A stretch of 61,626 nucleotides of DNA, filler included, from Thelocarpon superellum (Eukaryota), in NCBI GenBank assembly GCA_026025795.1. It is 10 parts of 10 records of this genome, joined end to end, with 100 filler letters (N's around TTAATTAATTAA, not from the genome) between each part and the next. Parts side by side here need not be neighbours in the genome. Positions count along the whole stretch, not along the records: positions 12,584 to 18,718 come from JAPEUG010000689.1; positions 18,819 to 24,953 come from JAPEUG010000690.1; 8 more parts are not named here. One strand, given 5' to 3'. Position 1 is the stretch's first letter. The number at the start of each line of letters is the position of its first letter. Both the position numbers and the translations under genes were made by a program. The notes beneath the pieces were generated by a model that was not told where the DNA came from, made no database searches, and was given only the letters and a program-made list of their open reading frames with translations. Shown piece after piece: positions 12,587-24,257 of the stretch.

Positions 12587-13144
12587 ATGTCTGCACAGGG
12601 TTCCCGCGTGGGGTTGTATCTGGGCCTGGCCGTCGCCGGCGCCGGTGGCTACTATTTGTACCAAGCAGGCGGCGACACCAAGGTCGCAAAGAAGGAGATC
12701 GAACGTAGGTGCCCGACATGGCCCCCTTCTTGACCGTTGATCGCCCTTGCTGATGCCGTCGTCTAGATGATGCCGCTCGGGTCTCATCCGCCATCAAGAA
12801 GGATCTGCCCGGCCGGGAAAAGGAGGCCAAGAAGCAAGGCGAGGAATGGGCCGCCAGGGCCGGGGCCAAGCTCGATAGCTCGGTATGTCAGACCCATCGC
12901 CAAACACCCTCTGATTCCGACCGTCTGCCCCAGTCGTTCCCGGTCGCTCATGCCTAGCTCACGCTCACGTCCGCGTGCTTAGGTTAACGACGCGAAAGCC
13001 AAGCTCGGCCAGACGGAAGCCAAGTTGGACCAATATCGCAAGGAGACCGGGAATGATCTGAAAGCCAAGATTGATCAAGTGGACCGAAAGGTCGAGGAAG
13101 GCGCGGCCAAGGCGAAGAGCGGGATCTCCGGCTGGTTCAAGTAG
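12587..13144 (+). CDS. Small conserved fungal protein with N-terminal membrane anchor and charged helical body; 3 exons
   Basis: MSAQGSRVGLYLGLAVAGAGGYYLYQAGGDTKVAKKEIE|HDAARVSSAIKKDLPGREKEAKKQGEEWAARAGAKLDSS|VNDAKAKLGQTEAKLDQYRKE...VEEGAAKAKSGISGWFK*. Two GT-AG introns. Absent from the ORF track because of splicing. Confidence 0.85.
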
Positions 13145-13309
13145 ATCGTCCGACCCCGACATAACCTGTACTTGTCTCCCCGAATCCAGTTCGCCGGACC
13201 CCGGGACGGGGTCATCTAAACAGTACGAAGTAGTCTAATTGGTCTCGCTACGTTAAACATGGAGTCCCCCCTTGTATCCCGTAGTCCCCAAATGCAAGCC
13301 ACGCACCGT

Positions 13310-15028
13310 TTATTCCAGATCCTCCCCAAACGTCCGCTCCCCCTCCCGATCCATGACCCAAAATGCGTACGCCAGTGCGGCGACGCCTACCGATCCTAGA
13401 CTACCCAGAGCGAGCCATTGAAAGTAATGCGGATTGCCAAAAACCGTCGTCAAGATCCAGTATGAGAGCTGGAAGAGAGACCGAAAAGCTTCCTCCACGC
13501 CGCCATACACCGCGCGCGTGCCCGCGGGTGCCAGCACTTGCGTCAGCTCAGCCGACGTCAGATCAAAGGCCCAGTACCCCATACGCGACAGCAACAGGAA
13601 GGCGAAGAGTGGCATGACAAGAGGAACGGGCCCGTGGTGCGTCCAGAGGACGGCATGTGAAGCGTTTGAGATCGGTCGAAGTTGGAAAAGAATGGCCGTG
13701 ACAGGGATGAGGCTGAAAAATTGCCAGGAGATACCAATGAGTCCCAACCGTTCCAAGGTCGAAGTGTCTTTGGTCGGTCGTGATCGCGATGCATCGACCT
13801 CGTGCATCGATGCCCTCGTCTTCTCGGACTGGGCGCGGCGTCGCGCTGAGAAAAAGTGGACGATTGAAGGTGCCAGCACAGTGCCTCCCAGATCCATCGC
13901 GCTCCCTGTCGAACTGGCAAAGGTGACAAGGGTCACCGAGTAGCCACTGTCGAGAAGGTAGGTGATAAAGGACGTCGAATATGCCAGGACGGTTAGATGC
14001 AGCAAGGCCCGGGTGATCGACGGAATCCATGCGACACTAGAGAAGTAGACTTGGAGTCCCGAGGTCTGAGCGTGCGTGGCCAGACCGGCTCGGTGCAAGA
14101 GGCTTCTTGGTCGTGGTGCCATTTGCGTTGTGGACATTTTGGCATCGCTCATCATCGGTCTGCGGTTAGGAACCGCGGGGCTATGACGGTGGATCTTGGC
14201 ATCTCGCAAGGATCTGTGGGAATTGTAGACTTTTCGTGCGAGCCAGAGCTCCGCCGTCCAAGACAACAAACTCCAGGTGGCAATAAGTACGATGCACAAA
14301 CGATACGATCGTATCATCGACATTAGGAACGTCACAACTAGCGGCGTCAGGAGTCGACACGCCAAGTCGATTCGCCGGTGGACCGCGTTCAGCTGAGCGA
14401 GGTCGTAGCCGCCTGTCCTAACAGCGGACGAGGGTGCCAGCGCAGGCAACCATTCCTTGTCGATCGAGATGCGGTTGGCGACAGAGCTGAGTGCTTCCAG
14501 CGAGCCGAGCAGCAGAAGCGGCCCGAAGAGAGCCTGCTTGATTGTCCTTTCCGCCGCGTCCGGCTGTATCAGATCGAAAGGGCGCCAGAGCTGTCGGAGA
14601 TGGTCGAGGGCTATCGGGTCATCAAGGATGTATAGCCATACAGCGTAGGCGGCTAGGCTGGTACAACGATGGGCCCCGATGGAGCAGGACAGCGACCGCA
14701 GCCGGGACGGAGATCGGTCGATCCACGCCCAGAGCGTGGCGGAGAAGCAGACCGACGCTAAAGCCACAGAAACGCCTCTGCATCTCGTCAGTATCGCCCA
14801 GCTCGCGGTGGTCTGTCGTCTGACGTACCTGATCGATGTGGCCGTGAGCGTCCCCGGATATGCCGCGGCCGTGAACAGAATGGCCGCAGATTCGTACGTG
14901 TGGGCATTCCACGTAAACAAGAAATGAAGTGCGTACAAGCGCCAGGCTTGCAACCGGGTCAGTGGGGGGGAGCCGACATCAGGCTGGTGCAGCTCCGCGG
15001 GCACCGCCAGCTCCAATTTCGATGCCAT
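13310..15028 (-). CDS. Ferroportin (SLC40/FPN1) family transporter, divergent; 51-nt in-frame intron 14778-14828
   Basis: RLYALHFLFTWN, WIDRSPSRL, LNAVHRRIDLACRLLTP, LSRMGYWAFDL and the C-terminal P..FQWLAL segment match the ferroportin family pattern. First ATG at 15028. Confidence 0.82.
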   Translation of the reverse strand: MASKLELAVPAELHQPDVGSPPLTRLQAWRLYALHFLFTWNAHTYESAAILFTAAAYPGTLTATSIRYVRRQTTASWAILTRCRGVSVALASVCFSATLWAWIDRSPSRLRSLSCSIGAHRCTSLAAYAVWLYILDDPIALDHLRQLWRPFDLIQPDAAERTIKQALFGPLLLLGSLEALSSVANRISIDKEWLPALAPSSAVRTGGYDLAQLNAVHRRIDLACRLLTPLVVTFLMSMIRSYRLCIVLIATWSLLSWTAELWLARKVYNSHRSLRDAKIHRHSPAVPNRRPMMSDAKMSTTQMAPRPRSLLHRAGLATHAQTSGLQVYFSSVAWIPSITRALLHLTVLAYSTSFITYLLDSGYSVTLVTFASSTGSAMDLGGTVLAPSIVHFFSARRRAQSEKTRASMHEVDASRSRPTKDTSTLERLGLIGISWQFFSLIPVTAILFQLRPISNASHAVLWTHHGPVPLVMPLFAFLLLSRMGYWAFDLTSAELTQVLAPAGTRAVYGGVEEAFRSLFQLSYWILTTVFGNPHYFQWLALGSLGSVGVAALAYAFWVMDREGERTFGEDLE

Positions 15029-15815
15029 GAGCCCGAACGAGGGAATTGGACATGAAGTGGATGAAACCGCACAATGTGCAAGAAGGGGAGAGTACAAAGA
15101 GAAAGGAAAAGATCCTTGAGGATGTCGGAGAGGATTTGGGGGCCTTGTGCCATCAGTGCCCAGACCTCACGCGACTATCGTCACGGCTGAATGATTGGGG
15201 GCCAGAATTGGCGCTGCGCCTTGTCTTGGCTGTGCTAAGCCTGAAGGGTGGCTTCTTACTCTGACCGTGAGCGCACGGACGGTTCACGGCAAGATCTGGT
15301 CCCCTCATCTCCAGGCTTCTGCTGTGGTGTCGTTGGCGGGCACGTCTGATACCATGAGTCTGCAGCCGCAGCCATACACATAGACTTGAAGGGAACGAGG
15401 TCTCGCGAGGGTTTCGCTCCCTGCTCCGTGTGTTGGCATCGCGGGAGCCCTCCCGCGTCTAGCGTCGGCTCTGCCATGAACCCTCCATTACGATATTCTC
15501 GTCTAGTACCCAGAAACGTGACATGATCCTCGTCGACCGTAGAGTCAAGAGCAATGCAAAGACAGCCTCAAGATGCCTCGAGACGAGGCTCAACCTGCGG
15601 ATCCTCAGTTGCCGTCAAGGGTATAACTTACGAGTAGAAACCCAATTCACCTCGGCCCGTCCGTTTTCAGGGCGGTGTAGTACTTCATACGTAGAAGTAT
15701 TGTGAACCTACCGTGGCGAGGTCCGAACGTGCTTGGTCGGAGGACTCCGGGGTTCTCCGGGGGCCTCTCGGACGCCCGAGGCTCTTGACTCAGGCTCCGC
15801 CCTACGGGGGCCGTG

Positions 15816-15869
15816 ACGCGGCTAAGCGCTCTAGCCTTACAACGCGTCTCACGGGGACGCGCTTACGCG
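15816..15869. promoter_or_regulatory. Cluster of four MCB-like (ACGCG/ACGCGT) elements upstream of CDT1
   Basis: ACGCG at 15816, ACGCGT at 15842, ACGCG at 15857 and 15865, 130-180 bp upstream of the CDT1 ATG. Confidence 0.7.
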
Positions 15870-15996
15870 CCTGAGTATCACTTGGTGGACGGACCTCACC
15901 TTCTCTCCTCTGGACGATGTCACATCGACCCCACCATCGCGACCGGGCTTCTTACGAGGCCGCGACTGCACGTCGTAGGTGGACTCAGAAGCAGCA

Positions 15997-17545
15997 ATGC
16001 GTTACGCAAAGCGGTCCAAGGTCTCCGTGGTCCGGAAGGGTCGCAATCTTCTTGCCCGGGAAGGCATCGAGTCCTTTGGCACCATCTCCAAGGCGCAGGC
16101 CCCGGCGACCAAGTCCAAGGCCTCACCTTCCCCCTTGCGCCCTGGAACGATTGAGAAGGGCTCGACGGGGCTCATGGCCGAGAATCAGCTGGCTGGGCAG
16201 AAGAGGAAGCTTGGGGAAATAGAGGCGCCCCTGACCTTCGAGAGGGAGGTCTCGACCGAGACGACACCACCATCGCCCTTACTTTCGTCCGATGCGTCCT
16301 GCTCCCGTTCGAAGAGCCTTCCGCCGCGAAAAAGGAATCCGCTCGAATGGGGGCCGCCGAAGGGTCGACCACATGGAGCGTCACCGCCGTCCTTCCTAGA
16401 GCACCCCGAGCTCGCCCGTCCCGTCGAGGATATCCAACGTCTATTTGCATCTTTTTTAACTGGTCTATCGTTACATTACGCGCATCATGGTACCCTATCA
16501 CCGGCCGACCTGCGGATGCTGGTGCCGAGCATGGAGCGTGCATGGGGGAAGAGGGCGGTTCTCGTGGAAGACGTCCAGAGGCTGCTGGGTATTCTCCGAG
16601 CTCCACAGCCCAAACACAATGCGGCAATGCGGGATCTGGCCGAGAGATTCGAACTCTTGGACTACGGAGATGGCAAAGTCTGCGTCGAGACGACCGAGGA
16701 GGCGAGCATGAGCGGCACCGCAGGACGACCCATCGACCATGACGCATTCAAGGGCCTCTTCCTGTCGAATCTCGCTGATCTCTGGGAGGTTTACGCGCGA
16801 CGAGACTCCCAAAAGCGACCCACTGACTCAGACGAGGACATCCATCAGTTCTTTGATCAATTGCCGTCGGCGCCCGTTCGGATGTGCTCATCTGTTGACA
16901 AGATCATGCCGTTGCTCGCCAAAGGCCAACGACGACTGGAGGAGATCCGCGCCATAGCCACGACAAAGAAGACCGAGGATGTGGACAAGAAACAGAGTAA
17001 TCGGCCATCAAGGAACGCTCGAGCTGTAGCAGACCGAGGAAAGAGTCTACTGGAACGGGTAGGGGATCCTGACGCCTAAGTATCGAAGCCAGCTGACAGC
17101 TCAGATCCGCGCAAAAGAGTATCAACAAGCGCAACTTCCCAGCGCACCCACGCCAGCCGCTCTGGCACGTACATCGGCGCTCGACCGGCTCGACGAAATC
17201 GTGCCCATCCTGACACACCTCAGCACCGCAACGAGCACGACGTGCCTCACCGGTGCCGCTTCAACATCCACGCCACAACGCGTCTCCATTCCGCTGCGTA
17301 CGCTGATCCAGCACCTGCAAAACTCCCTCATCAATCCGCTGTCCGCCGAGGAAGGTGAAGGTGCTGTCCGTCTCCTTGCCACGTCGGTCGCGCCTGCGTG
17401 GGTGGAGGTAGTGTCCATGGGCAAGTTGGTGGCTGTTGTGGTCAAGAAGCGGTTCAGACCCACGGAGGCGCAGTTGAAAGCTGGCCTTGTGGCTGCTGCT
17501 GCTGCTGATACCCGGAAGGAAGAGGGAAAGAATGCCTCTTCTTGA
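15997..17545 (+). CDS. CDT1: DNA replication licensing factor Cdt1-like; 2 exons (intron about 17059-17104)
   Basis: FLTGLSLHYAHHG, MERAWGKRAVLVEDVQRLLG, ELLDYGDGKVCVE, KGQRRL, SLLER|IRAKE and LIQHLQNSLINPLSAEEG..VRLLA..VAPAWV (C-terminal winged helix typical of filamentous-fungal Cdt1). Confidence 0.8.
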
Positions 17546-17887
17546 ATACGCTGGCGCTTGGATCCATTTCGCTCTGGATTGGATCAGTCCGTCAGTCGTT
17601 GGGCTTTCGACAGGATTACTCTGCATGGACCGTTGGAGTTACGTTCTGGGCAACTACGGACTGTATGCGTCATCATGGGCAATGAAACAGGGACGGTATC
17701 CTAGCGTATGAACCCAAGTAGATAAGAATGGAGAAAACTGGGTATCGTCGACATCATCACGCGCGTCAAAATCTCGTCCTGGATGCGTGCATCAGATCTC
17801 CTTCCCGTATTAATCCCCTCTCACTTCCAACTCATCTCCTTCATCCACTCACCGCAGGCAGTCCCGACCAATGCGAATGTCGATGCA

Positions 17888-18718
17888 TCACCCACTAGAG
17901 GCGCTACTACCAGAGTCATCGGAGTCGCTACCGGAGCCATCAGAGCCTGAGGTGGACGAGGAGCTCGAACTCGACGTCGACGCATCGTCGTCGATGCCTA
18001 GCGCGTCATCGCGACCATCACCACCGTCTGACGATCCGGAGTCCGAGTCCGATCCGGAGCTCGATGTCGAGTCGCCCTCGGAGACTGAGCCGCTGGAGTC
18101 CGAACCCGAGCTGGAAGCGGACGAGGCGCTGGAGCTCAGGTCGGCGTCGTTGGAAGCTGAGGCCGAGGCCGAGCCGCCGCGGTCGCCCGTTCGCAATTTG
18201 CGCTTTCGTCCCGCTACCCGTACGCTGCCATCGTTCAGCTTGATGCGTTTCTGGCCGTCGCCCTCCGTCGTGTCGGGCTGGGGTGGGGGATCTTGCGTCT
18301 GTGTCTGTGTCTGTGTCTGCGCGGTAGTGCTGGGATCGCTGGGGTTGGAACTGGAGAGGGCCCAAAGGATTACTTCCGCTCGTCGTCGTCGTCGTAGTCG
18401 TCGCTTCATCACGTCCTCGGCCTCTTCGTCGTCCTCGAGTGATGGAGGCGCGCGCGCGTTCTCCATCGGTAGGCATTTAGGACCCTCGGCCCGTAGGTCG
18501 TTTAGAAAGCGCGCCACCGCGTCGTTGTACTCTGCCGTCCTTCGTTCCGCGTCTTCCATGGTGTCGTGCTTGGCGCTGTCCTTGTCAAAGGATTGGATGG
18601 TGCGCGCTGCAGCTTCGACTCGCGCCCGTGCGGCGACGCCTTGCAGGCCACTGATGTATGCGGCCAATGCTTGGTCGTGGCGCGATGGGATTTGATCGAG
18701 GTCGAAGAGGCGTTTGAG
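17888..18718 (-). CDS. Probable WKF-domain nucleolar protein, 3' part only
   Basis: Frame is open from the contig end: LKRLFDLDQIPSRHDQALAAYISGLQGVAARARV resembles the second half of the WKF domain. It is followed by RRRRAEVIL, RKRKLRT and a Ser/Asp-rich tail. The WKF motif itself lies beyond the contig. Confidence 0.6.
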   Translation of the reverse strand, partial: LKRLFDLDQIPSRHDQALAAYISGLQGVAARARVEAAARTIQSFDKDSAKHDTMEDAERRTAEYNDAVARFLNDLRAEGPKCLPMENARAPPSLEDDEEAEDVMKRRLRRRRRAEVILWALSSSNPSDPSTTAQTQTQTQTQDPPPQPDTTEGDGQKRIKLNDGSVRVAGRKRKLRTGDRGGSASASASNDADLSSSASSASSSGSDSSGSVSEGDSTSSSGSDSDSGSSDGGDGRDDALGIDDDASTSSSSSSSTSGSDGSGSDSDDSGSSASSG

Positions 18719-18818
18719 NNNNNNNNNNNNNNNNNNNNNNNNNNNNNNNNNNNNNNNNNNNNTTAATTAATTAANNNNNNNNNNNNNNNNNNNNNNNNNN
18801 NNNNNNNNNNNNNNNNNN
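18719..18818. other. Artificial contig linker
   Basis: 44 N + TTAATTAATTAA + 44 N. Confidence 0.99.
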
Positions 18819-20581
18819 GACGCGATGTATCGGCGTACTTGATCTTCTCTCTTTCGAGCAATTTATCATAGAAGTAAAGCGTACTCATGCAGTCCTTGAT
18901 ACGGCATGTGCCAAGTCAGCTATGCGAGATCGAGATCTAAACCTTACGGTATTCGCCTAGCCGATGCCGCCTGATGCGCAGAATCTGTAGGAATCAAATT
19001 CGGACTCGCGACGTCATCAGTCGTGTCTGGTTTCCGAGGTTTGGTGCCCGGCGCCAGGCGGGTCCTTGTCTTGGTGGGGAACGAGACGAGTTGACGAATA
19101 CGGAACGCCAAGTCACGGACGCGTTTGTACGAGGATGTGGTCGACTCCGACACGAGGCCTCTACCGAGATCACATTCGCTCCCGTTGCATCATTCCCGTA
19201 CTTGAGGCATGGTGACAGGGAAGCGTACAGTTCGACAGATTGACAAGTTCGCCATGCGTAGCGTCAGGTGCTGTTCAGCCTCATCCTGGATCATGAAACC
19301 TATGGTATCGAGGGCGCCAGGGTGGACCGACGAGAGCTCTCATGGAGCCTGATCAGCCACAGCGACCAGGGTTGTGACGAGGATAGTTACGCCAAAATCC
19401 GCTCTGGGAGGTGATGACGTCTCAGGTAGTGCACGAAAACGGGGGGCATCAAGGATGACGGCACAGTGGCGAGTGGATCGAGACCGACGCCACCAATCGA
19501 GTCGTGTGCCAGGTCAGCGAATCAGAGCGGGCGACGGGGCGGGGAAGTCCCTAGGTGCCGCAGTAGCGAGCCGCGAGCGCCCAGGATGGCCGTTGTGGAA
19601 ATGCGATGTGGTTGACGCCAAAATTCGCACGAGAATGACGTCGTGCCGAATCCTTCACTTCGCCTTGGCCTCGATCGTAGCGCTTCCCACCGCCTTCGCA
19701 GGTCACTCCATCCAACTGGCTACCCAATGCCGACCTGGCCGCTGCCGCCGTGCTCGCTGTCATTTTCGAGAAGAAATATGTCGAAAAATTCCGGCGACCG
19801 TAGGCGGATCTCGTAACTCTTCGATGCTTGCGGTTAGCGGGCGCGGTTTCTGCTCGGAGAGGCCGCCGGTGCTCGCAGTAGGAATTTCCTGGAAAGGACA
19901 CGACCTCCGCACCCAGTGTCCTTGTCCTGGAGGGCCGCCAGATGACGGCAGTAGCGCGAATGGCAACCGTCTATTCGTCACGGCTCTTGCTTATGGTGGA
20001 AGCTAGTTGCTCCCCAACATCTTGCATAGCTCATAGCCTATGGCCCATTCCCTGCCCAGCGGTGCATGGCCGGGCCCTCGCGTTACGGATCGGTGTCGTC
20101 AGAGGCCCCTCGACCGCTCGACCACGTCCAAGCGCCGCCGTGTCGGCAATTTGCGAAGCTTGCCCACACCGTAGACCCGACTACCAGCAGCGCCCTGGTG
20201 CAGTTCAGTTCGTCATCGTCCCGGCTTGCCAGCTTGTTTTTGGCTCTTGCACCCTGCCTTAGCTCGCCGGCGTGTTGTGGCCCACCTGCACTCCACCTGC
20301 GCTCCACCTTGCATTGCTCTCGCTTTTCTACTCGCCCCCTCCCCCAGAATATTAATCGTCTCATTCCCAACCATCCGTCTCCATCTTCATCCAACCCTTC
20401 CTCTCCACATCAACATCGTCCCACCCACTCTAGTAACCTGTGCACGAGCTGTGATACCCCATTGCTTTGAACCCTTCATAACGAGTCATACTTTGATCTC
20501 GTTAAGCGTCCAGAACGTTGAATTCTCATTCATCCACACTTCCACATCATCGCTCGACTGCAAGTCGAATACACACACAAC

Positions 20582-23500
20582 ATGGCGTCAAGCGTCAACC
20601 GACCGACCAACGTCAAGCTGAGAGATGCAGACATCAACCAAAAGCTGCAGCTCTATGGCATCTTCAGCGGTTAGCTCCCTTGCAACGACCCTCTCGTGTG
20701 GCATCATCACCGCTGGGCTCACTGATGACTGACACTCTTCACCTACGCAGGATTCTCCAACGGCAAAGTACCTTCGGTGAGCAGAAATAGGTCTCGGCTC
20801 TTCAGATCGTGACACTGAACGATTGCAGAACAAACAAATTGACGTCGCTCTCAACAGCCTGCTTGCCTCATCGCCGTTGGCGAGTCCGTCAAACCAGCTC
20901 TCTGCAGAGGGCAAGCACCTCATCGCCGACGCCCGCGATGTGATCGAGCAGGCCAAGCAGCTCGTCCTCTCCAAGAACGAGGGCAACTTGTTGCAAGATT
21001 TCATTTGGCACTCATCCCAAATTAGCGGCGGGAGTGCTCAGCTGCCAAACGCGCCCGTCGACAAGCAGACAGCCCAGCAGCACGGCAACCAAGCCCTCGA
21101 CGGTCTGCGCACGCTGGGGACGCTGCTCATTTCGAACGGGCAGTTCCGCAAGCTCTGTAAGTTGACGCTCGCTCCGACGAGGGTTGGGGTCGTTTGGCTG
21201 ATGTTTCTATAGTGAAGGATTCTACTATCCTGCTCCGAGACATGGCTGGCGACGCTGCCCAGACGGCCGCCTCCAAGGTTAATCCGTCTCAGGATGCCCT
21301 AAACCAGATTGATCGCCCGGCCGATGACAACACCTGGCACGATGTGCCGACCAAGGACGATCTCATGAACCAGGCCAAGGGCACCTTCAACAAACAGAAG
21401 CCTGTCGGCCGTGGTGATCTGAAGGATGCCGTTGGTGATGCCTCTGCGACCGCCCATCCGTCGGGCACGCGTGATCCGACCGACGTCGCTGCGACCGCGG
21501 CCCAAGATCAAACGCAAGGCACCAACTCCGGTGTTGACGCGTCGGCCGGTGCCTCGGCCGCTGCCAGCACGTTGGTCGACCGGGCTCGGGCCAACGTACC
21601 CGATGAGACGCAAGACCGGGCCAAGGACACGGCGCGCACGGCCCAGAACAAGTCCAAGGACTACCTGTCCAAGAAGATGCCGCAGGAGCGTCGGGAACAG
21701 GCTATCTGGCGCTTGAAGAAAATGGTCGTGGAGATCCAAGGTCACCAAGACTGTATGCAATCACCTGCCTCCGTGCTCGTGGCCATGCTGACGATGGAAC
21801 AGACCAAGAAGCCATCGAGACGCTCTTGAGCCTGGCGGAGCAATACCGTGGTCATGCGACCAACGTGGCCCAGCAATCCACCGGGACGGTGAAAGGTGCA
21901 CATGATGATGATCATTTGCAGGCTGCTGAGGCTGACTTGCGCGTACGTTCAACCTAGGCTTCGTCGCCGAGAATCAAGTTATGCTGACCGACTTGAAGAC
22001 TCTACTGGAACGCTTCGCCAATTCCACTTCATCGGATGACTTGTTTGACTCCATCAACGCCATCTACCGTGATGCCGAGCGTGACCCCGAGCTCAAGAAA
22101 TGGTTCACCGACCTGGACCGTTTTGTGCGCAAGTGCCTCAAGACCGAGGGCTTCATCATGCAAGACGACGCCACGGTGGAGTACAACAAGCTGTACGACC
22201 ACGGCAACTTTCTCCTCCGTGATCGCTATCGCAACCACACCAATCGCGTTCTCGATGAGGTCAAGTTCATCGGGGACCAATTCGACGCCGATCCGCAGAA
22301 CCAAGCCTTTTCCCAGTCGCTGCAGAAGCTCTTCAACGACCTGGGCAACGACCAGAACGGCCGTCCCACGTTCAAGCCGCACCTAGTCAAGGACCTGAGC
22401 AACGTCATCCTGCCGCAGCTCTTCGAGAGCATTCGCTATGTGCCTATTCCTCGCATTGAGTATTCCGACCCGCAGCTGGATGCTATTGTCGAGAACCTCG
22501 TCATTGAAGGCGACAACCTGATGCCCAACGTCTTTGAGTTTGGTAGCGACAACTACGTCCGCTTCGGCCGCAAGCAGATCGCCAGCAAGGCGAGCAACAA
22601 GACAATGTTGTCCGTGTCGGGCGTGCAGATGGATATTCGAGGTACGTTCATCACGAGGGTTGCTTTTCATCACGAGGGTTGTTTGAAAAATGACACTGAT
22701 GATGTGTAGATGTCAGCTACTACGTCAAAAAGAAGCAGGGCTTCCCCTCCGTCAGCGATACGGGTGTTGCCGACATCTTCATGGGCGGTGAGGGTTTCAG
22801 CTTCAAGGCGAAGATGGCCACGGCCGAGGCGAAAGACAAGCAACATTTCTTCAAGATGGAGTCGGTGGTGGTGGACGTCAAGCACCTCAACATCAAGCTG
22901 AAGCAGTCCAAGCACAAGCTGCTCTTCAATTTGTTCAAGCCTCTACTTTTCCGCGTCGTGCGACCGGCGATCCAGAAGGTGTTGGAGAAGCAGATCAAGG
23001 ATGCTATCACACAGGCTGACGCGTATGCGTACGCCATCCATCAAGAGGCCCAGCGTGCTGCCAACGAAGTGGCCTCTGATCCGGACAATGCGCCCAACGT
23101 GTACAACCGCTACTACACGGCAGCGCAGCAACGCTTCATGCAGGGCAAGAAGAAGTCGCAGGACGTGGCCGCCGATAAGAAGGTGAATGTGGCCATCACG
23201 CAGAAGGATAGCATCTTCCCGGATATCAAGCTCCCCGGTGGCATCTCGACCAAGGCCACAGAGTACAAGGAGCTTGCGGCCCAGGGCGAGCGCTGGGAGT
23301 CGCCCGTGTTCAGTCTCGGATCGGCGTCGGAGTCGACCAATATTCCCAAGGTCTCGTCCATTCAACGCCGCCAGCACCAGACGGCGTCGAGCCAGATCCG
23401 CGGTACGAACAACCTGGAGTCGACCAGCCATGGGTTCAGCAACCAGGTCGACCAATCATTCGGTAACCAGCAAGACCTCTCCTTGGGCTCGAACGCGCCC

Positions 23501-23653
23501 AACGGGACGACGACGAACGGCGTCAATAAGCCAGCCGGGTATACGAACGGTGACAGTACGACGGAATTCAACGAGAAGACGCCGGCGGCCAATGGCGGTA
23601 CGACGCTTGGTGCAAATAATCCCGTCCTCTCGGGCACCAGTACGTACCGTTGA
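20582..23653 (+). CDS. Conserved fungal DUF5923/DUF4449 protein (SPAC32A11.02c-like); 7 exons including a 26-nt micro-exon 20751-20776
   Basis: MASSVNRPTNVKLRDADINQKLQLYGIFS|GFSNGKVPS|NKQIDVALNS, LRTLGTLLISNGQFRKL, IWRLKKMVVEIQGH, YVPIPRIEYSD, VENLVIEGDNLMPN, GGISTKATEY. Six GT-AG introns keep the frame. Confidence 0.85.
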
Positions 23654-24257
23654 TTAAATGAATGATGGACATGACGACTAATGGGCTGCAACAGCGCATT
23701 AAACACGAAACCGACCGATCGAATTGTCTTTTCTTTTTGCGATGCTGTCGTATCCGGCGAGTTGATACCACTTCCTGCGCCTCGCATTCCCAAGGATGAC
23801 GATCCTAAAACGAACCTAATGTGAGATGGGCGTGAGAAACACGAGTGATCAAATTGTATGAGTGACTGGTTGATTATTGGTTGATCATTGATTCGAATTG
23901 CGTTGGCCGAGCTGGACGGAACGAAACAGGTTGGTTGAGTTGGTGCATCAGTTGGCAGTGTTGGATGGTTCTGACTTAGCAACACTAACCAATCACTACC
24001 ACCAACCACCTCCAAGCGTGGCCCTGCACACACACCATCTTTCCTTATCCGTTCTTGTTTTGTTTTTCGATAGCGTTGTTGCCTATGGTCTACCCCGAAA
24101 ATGGAATTCAAAAAGCAACAAGAGTAGAACAGAATATGTGATGCAGCGAGTAGACTTTTCACACGTGATGAATGTGTTTCGCAACGGTCGTAAAATGTAC
24201 AACTACTTACATGGAGACATTGGGATAAATGAAGTGAACGCGGAGGGGAGAAGGGGG

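Noticed and set aside
15030..15800. SreA (ATCWGATAA) or HapX iron-regulatory sites upstream of the ferroportin gene
   Set aside because: Only partial matches (GTCTGATAC and a lone CCAAT), which is not above chance.
18819..19210. Possible 5' end of a minus-strand gene (MSTLYFYDKLLEREKIK...) after an intron-like segment
   Set aside because: Only about 23 codons before the contig end and no recognisable homology.
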